Source of the DNA: Thermodesulfobacteriota bacterium
Lineage (GTDB): Bacteria > Desulfobacterota > Desulfobulbia > Desulfobulbales > SURF-16
Reading direction: 5' to 3'
DNA length: 64,000 bases
Assembly (NCBI GenBank): GCA_040755455.1
Contig: JBFMAY010000003.1
Coordinates: forward strand, 32,001 to 96,000
The notes below the pieces were generated by a model. It did not search any database. It worked only from the letters and a program-made list of their open reading frames with translations, and was not told the DNA's origin. Each line of letters begins with the position of its first letter. Position 1 is the stretch's first letter. The translations under genes were made by a program, and so were the position numbers. Shown one piece after another: positions 59,827 to 64,000 of the stretch.

Positions 59827-61599
59827 ATGGCGGACGAATTAAATGAAAAGCTTGGCAGCACAGCTGTTGTCTGGGACCTGGGCGACCTGTACAACTCTGT
59901 GCAGGACCCGGCCATCAAAGAGGATATCGCCTTTTGCCAGGAGGAAGCGGTCCTGCTCAGGGAATCGTTTGCCGGCAAGCTCGACACCCTCACCCCAGCC
60001 CAGCTTGCCCGCCTGGTCCGGCGTTTTGAGAGGATTGAATCCTTTATCGCCAGGGTGGCCACCTATGCCTTTCTCAATTTCACCACCCAGATAAAAAACC
60101 CGGCGGCCGGCGCCTTTCTCCAGGAGGTGAAGGAGACATCGAGCCGCATTGCCAGGGAAACGGTATTCTTTGACCTGGAATGGAGCAAGATGGACGAAAA
60201 GATCGCGGGTCCCCTGCTCGCTGCCGAGGAAACCAGCCATTACCGCCATTACCTGCAGAATATCCGGCGCTATGCCAGCCACATGCTCTCCCAGGCGGAA
60301 GAGACCCTGCTCATCGAAACAGCGCCGGTGGGCAGGAGCAGCTGGACCAATCTCTTTGAAAAGGTGCTCGGCCATCTCCAGTTCGGCGAGGCCAAGCGCA
60401 CCGAGGAGGAGGTATTGGCCGATCTCTACTGCCAGGACCGGGAGGTGCGCAGCAAGGCGGCGGATGAGCTGACCGAAGGGCTGAAGAGCCAGCTGCACAT
60501 TCTCACCCATATCTTCAACACCCTGCTGGCCGACAAGATGATCAGCGACCGGCTGCGCAGCTACCCCTCCTGGATCAACTCCATGAATCTCGCCAATGAG
60601 CTGGAGGACGCCACCGTGGAGGTGCTGATTGAGGCGGCCACCTCCCGCTATGACCTGGTCAGACGTTACTATGCGGTGAAGAAGCAGTTGCTGGGGCTTG
60701 ACGAACTGCGGGATTATGACCGCTACGCCCCCCTGCCCCATCTGCCCTCCGCCACCATCAGCTGGGATGAGTGCAAGGAGATGGTGATCAGCGGCTTCCG
60801 CAATTTTTCGCCGAAGATGGCGGAAATCGCCTCCTTCTTCTTTGACCGCCGCTGGATCCATGCCCCGGTGCTCGATGGCAAACGGGGCGGAGCCTTTGCC
60901 CATCCCTGCGTGCCGGAGGTTCATCCCTATGTGATGGTCAACTATACGGGCAATATCCGCGACGTCTCCACCGTGGCCCATGAACTGGGACACGGTGTCC
61001 ATCAATACCTGGCGGCCAAACAGGGATACTTTAACAGCAGCACCCCCCTTGTGCTGGCCGAAACCGCCTCGGTCTTCGCCGAGCTGCTCATCTTCCATGA
61101 CCAGCTGGCATTGCTCACCGATGCCGGGGAACGCAGGGCTTTCACCTGCCAGAAGCTGGAATCCATTTTCGCCACCGTCTTTCGCCAGGTGTCGATGAAC
61201 AGATTCGAACACCTGATGCACAACGCCAGAAGGGACAAGGGCGAACTGTCCGACAGCAGACTGAGCGAACTGTGGCTCGACACCCAGCGCGAGATGTTCG
61301 GTGACTCGGTCACCCTGACCGACAATTATGGCATCTGGTGGTCCTACATCCCCCACTTTCTCCATTCGCCCGGCTATGTTTACTCCTACGCCTTCGGGGA
61401 ACTGCTGGTGCTGGCCCTCTACAATCTTTACCAGACAGAAGGCGAAAAATTCATCCCCAAATATCTGCATCTCCTGAGCCAGGGCGGCAACCTGTCACCC
61501 TATGAGCTCCTGCAGCCCTTTGGCGTTGACCTTAACGACAAAAACTTCTGGCAGGGGGGACTGTCGATTATTGATCAGATGCTGCAAAGTATTGAGTAA
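59827..61599 (+). CDS. pepF: M3B oligoendopeptidase F
   Basis: WDL..LY, GKRGGAF, HELGH, AETAS, YVYSYAFG. Confidence 0.9.
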   Translation: MADELNEKLGSTAVVWDLGDLYNSVQDPAIKEDIAFCQEEAVLLRESFAGKLDTLTPAQLARLVRRFERIESFIARVATYAFLNFTTQIKNPAAGAFLQEVKETSSRIARETVFFDLEWSKMDEKIAGPLLAAEETSHYRHYLQNIRRYASHMLSQAEETLLIETAPVGRSSWTNLFEKVLGHLQFGEAKRTEEEVLADLYCQDREVRSKAADELTEGLKSQLHILTHIFNTLLADKMISDRLRSYPSWINSMNLANELEDATVEVLIEAATSRYDLVRRYYAVKKQLLGLDELRDYDRYAPLPHLPSATISWDECKEMVISGFRNFSPKMAEIASFFFDRRWIHAPVLDGKRGGAFAHPCVPEVHPYVMVNYTGNIRDVSTVAHELGHGVHQYLAAKQGYFNSSTPLVLAETASVFAELLIFHDQLALLTDAGERRAFTCQKLESIFATVFRQVSMNRFEHLMHNARRDKGELSDSRLSELWLDTQREMFGDSVTLTDNYGIWWSYIPHFLHSPGYVYSYAFGELLVLALYNLYQTEGEKFIPKYLHLLSQGGNLSPYELLQPFGVDLNDKNFWQGGLSIIDQMLQSIE

Positions 61600-61608
61600 T
61601 CCTGCTGG

Positions 61609-64000
61609 ATGAGTCAGAAATACAAACTCACCTTTCTCATCCTGCTGCTCGGTCTGCTGGTCTATCTGGCCCCAAGACTCCTGGTGGTCAAGGAGGTGCA
61701 GACGGAACTGGTCCGGCAGGCAAGCGCGGCCCTCAACGCCGAGGTTGCCATCGGCCAGATCCGCTGGCGCTGGGCCCCCCTGCCCCACCTCACCCTGTCT
61801 GACACCACCGTCACCCACCAAGATTTCGCCCTGCAGTTGCCCAAGACCAGAATCTACCCGGACTGGCAGGCCCTGCTTGCCGGCAGGGTGGCCATCGGCC
61901 GGCTCTATCTGCGCTCTCCCCATGTCACGCTCAAGCAGTCTTTTGTGACCGGGCTTTTAGCAGGAGAGGTGCAGGGGCTGCTGCCCGGGGCCGACGTCAC
62001 CGTTGATGACGGCGCAGTGGACATCTCTGCCTTTGACAGCGACCTCTTCCGGGTAAAAACACTCTCTTTTGCCGACATCCGCCTCAAAATACGCGACAGT
62101 GCCGATCATCTGACCGTGTCACTGCAGGGTAACTCATCCTTTGCCGGCGCCCTCTCGCTCCAAGGGGATTTTTATGCCGATTCCGCCACCTATGCCGGCA
62201 AGGTCGAGGTGGAAAAATTTCAGCTTGCCCGGCTCGGCGAGCTCACCGCCAAGGTCATGCAGCCACTGCCCTCAGCGGTGGATTTCAACTGTGACATTAT
62301 CGGCCAGGGACTCAAGTCCGTGCAGGTCCTGTTCAGCGGAGATATTCCGGCCTTTTCCCTGCAGCGGCTGGAACAGCCGGTGCCGTTCCAGTTCAGGCAG
62401 GCCAAGCTGCTGCTGGAGAAAAACGGAGCGGATTTCACGGCCAAGATTTTTGCCCTGAGCCTTGCTGATCCACAGCTCTCTTTGTCCGGCCTGATCAGCC
62501 GCTACTTCACGGCGGATTCTCCCCTGCCGCTCTACCGGCTTGATCTTGCCGCCAAGGATATCGATCTGAGCGGCGTCCGCGCCAGGCTGCTCGCCCTGCT
62601 CGGCGATGAACATATCACCACCACCGTGTGCAACGTGGTGCGCGGCGGCCGGGCCAAATCCGCCACCTATACCTTCAACGCCCCCCTGGCCGACTTCGCC
62701 TCTCTGACGTCGATGACCATCAATGTTGATGTGGATAATGCCGACATCCATGTGCCGGAGGTGGAACTTGATCTGGCCCGGGCATCCGGTCCCATTGTCA
62801 TCAAGGATGGCAATATCCACGGCTATGATCTGACCACCTGGCTCGGTGAACACTTCGGCTCAAAGGGTTCCTTTTCCCTGGGACTCTCCGACGACAGCTG
62901 GCTCTTCAAGCTTGATCTCGATATCGACGCCGACCTGGCCACCCTGCCCCGAACCCTGCATCATCTCATTCATAATGACAAATTCAGGAGCGAGGTACTG
63001 AAGTTTTCTTCCCAGGGGCGGAAGATGGGCCATCTCACCATCGGTGATGATCTGCGCGATTTCACCGTGGATGTCCGCATTCCGGACATGCGGGATGCCC
63101 AGGTTAACTATGAACGGATCAGCTGGCCCATCGGCTTGCAGGGCGGTCTGCTGCACATCCATGGCGACCAGGTTGCGTGGCAAGGGGTTGCCGCCGAAAT
63201 CGGCCCCCATAAGCTGGTTGAATGCACGGGCAATCTTTCGTGGGGCGACAACGATATTCCGTTTGCCGTTACATCTATTGCCGCCACCCTGGACGCCGCG
63301 TCTTTTCTGGCTGAGCTCAACCGCTATCCGGTGATTGCCGCCACCCTTTCTCCCGATATTGCCAAGATTGCCGGTCTAATTGTCGTAAGCCAGGGCAATG
63401 CCAAGGGGCCATTTCTCCAGCCGGCCCTCTGGCAATACCAGCTTGCTGCCGGCCTTCAGCAAATCACCCTTGTCACCCCGCATCTGCCCGAAGCCGTCAC
63501 CATCGACTCGGGCGAGCTGGCAATGGATGAAAATCATGCTGGCCTGACGGATGGCCACACCAGATTCCTTGATTCACCCCTGACCATTGCCGCCAATCTT
63601 TCCCATAATCTCTTCTCCACCTGGAGCGGCTGGCTGGAGCTCGACGGTCCGGTCACCACGGAGCAGGGCAAGTGGCTGGCCAGCAAGGACTGGATACCCG
63701 GACTCTTTTTCCCCAAGATGCCGTGCGCCATCAAAAAACTGAAAATAGGCTTTGCCGACCGAGATGTTGCGGTCTTCGGCACCGTACAAAACAGCTCATT
63801 TGCCGGGTCACCGGTTGAGACCGTGGTGGATGTCAAGGTAAAGGACGGACAGCATGAAAACACGGGGCTTCATTTTTTCAGGGACCAGCGTGATGGTCTG
63901 GTCACCATCACCGGGGGCTCCGCCTCTGAAAATCCGCAGATCTCCTTTCAGGGCAGTATTGACTGGCAGACCGTGGCGGCTGTTTTTAATACCCGCATGG
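61609..64000 (+). CDS. Partial AsmA-like envelope protein; runs off window end
   Basis: Hand translation MSQKYKLTFLILLLGLLVYLAP..ALNAEVAIGQIRW..PLPHLTL; N-terminal anchor, beta-rich, no stop seen; absent from the ORF track. Confidence 0.75.
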   Translation, partial: MSQKYKLTFLILLLGLLVYLAPRLLVVKEVQTELVRQASAALNAEVAIGQIRWRWAPLPHLTLSDTTVTHQDFALQLPKTRIYPDWQALLAGRVAIGRLYLRSPHVTLKQSFVTGLLAGEVQGLLPGADVTVDDGAVDISAFDSDLFRVKTLSFADIRLKIRDSADHLTVSLQGNSSFAGALSLQGDFYADSATYAGKVEVEKFQLARLGELTAKVMQPLPSAVDFNCDIIGQGLKSVQVLFSGDIPAFSLQRLEQPVPFQFRQAKLLLEKNGADFTAKIFALSLADPQLSLSGLISRYFTADSPLPLYRLDLAAKDIDLSGVRARLLALLGDEHITTTVCNVVRGGRAKSATYTFNAPLADFASLTSMTINVDVDNADIHVPEVELDLARASGPIVIKDGNIHGYDLTTWLGEHFGSKGSFSLGLSDDSWLFKLDLDIDADLATLPRTLHHLIHNDKFRSEVLKFSSQGRKMGHLTIGDDLRDFTVDVRIPDMRDAQVNYERISWPIGLQGGLLHIHGDQVAWQGVAAEIGPHKLVECTGNLSWGDNDIPFAVTSIAATLDAASFLAELNRYPVIAATLSPDIAKIAGLIVVSQGNAKGPFLQPALWQYQLAAGLQQITLVTPHLPEAVTIDSGELAMDENHAGLTDGHTRFLDSPLTIAANLSHNLFSTWSGWLELDGPVTTEQGKWLASKDWIPGLFFPKMPCAIKKLKIGFADRDVAVFGTVQNSSFAGSPVETVVDVKVKDGQHENTGLHFFRDQRDGLVTITGGSASENPQISFQGSIDWQTVAAVFNTRM

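Noticed and set aside
59827..61599. PepF as the leader peptidase of the CC peptides
   Set aside because: 10 kb away among housekeeping genes; no evidence of linkage
1..64000. CRISPR arrays, tRNA, rRNA, intact transposases
   Set aside because: None recognised by eye; a covariance-model scan was not possible

Overview
64 kb of bacterial chromosome. Gene content (xerC-hslV-hslU, CooC-like, FmdE/MoeA-like, DUF362, sigma54 signalling) suggests an anaerobic Desulfobacterota/deltaproteobacterium; this is inference. Most genes are housekeeping: manC, namZ-like, hslUV, xerC, xseB-ispA-dxs-ampG, skp, pal, glucan phosphorylase, ppsR, ABC-F, two beta-carbonic anhydrases, dGTPase, valS, pyk, glgX, satP, two cyclophilins, parE/parC, pepF and an AsmA-like gene. 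The standout locus is 36.0-49.5 kb. It holds two tandem cassettes of [TonB-dependent receptor - unannotated 32/36-aa Cys-Cys peptide - hairpin terminator - radical SAM/SPASM maturase]. These sit back-to-back with a divergent operon encoding an orphan periplasmic binding protein, a membrane histidine kinase, a REC-GAF hybrid kinase and a sigma54 activator. The two peptides align without gaps but have opposite net charge. The cassettes are near-identical at their edges and divergent inside. Cassette 2 begins at an apparent microhomology-mediated deletion scar that removed its receptor's signal peptide. I interpret this as a candidate RiPP-based signalling (pherotype-like) or metal-scavenging system; function is not shown by the sequence. 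Smaller items: a GTAG-type REP doublet, a small palindromic repeat family, a degenerate receiver gene, and candidate sigma54/sigma28 promoters. I found no rRNA, tRNA, CRISPR array or intact transposase by eye.
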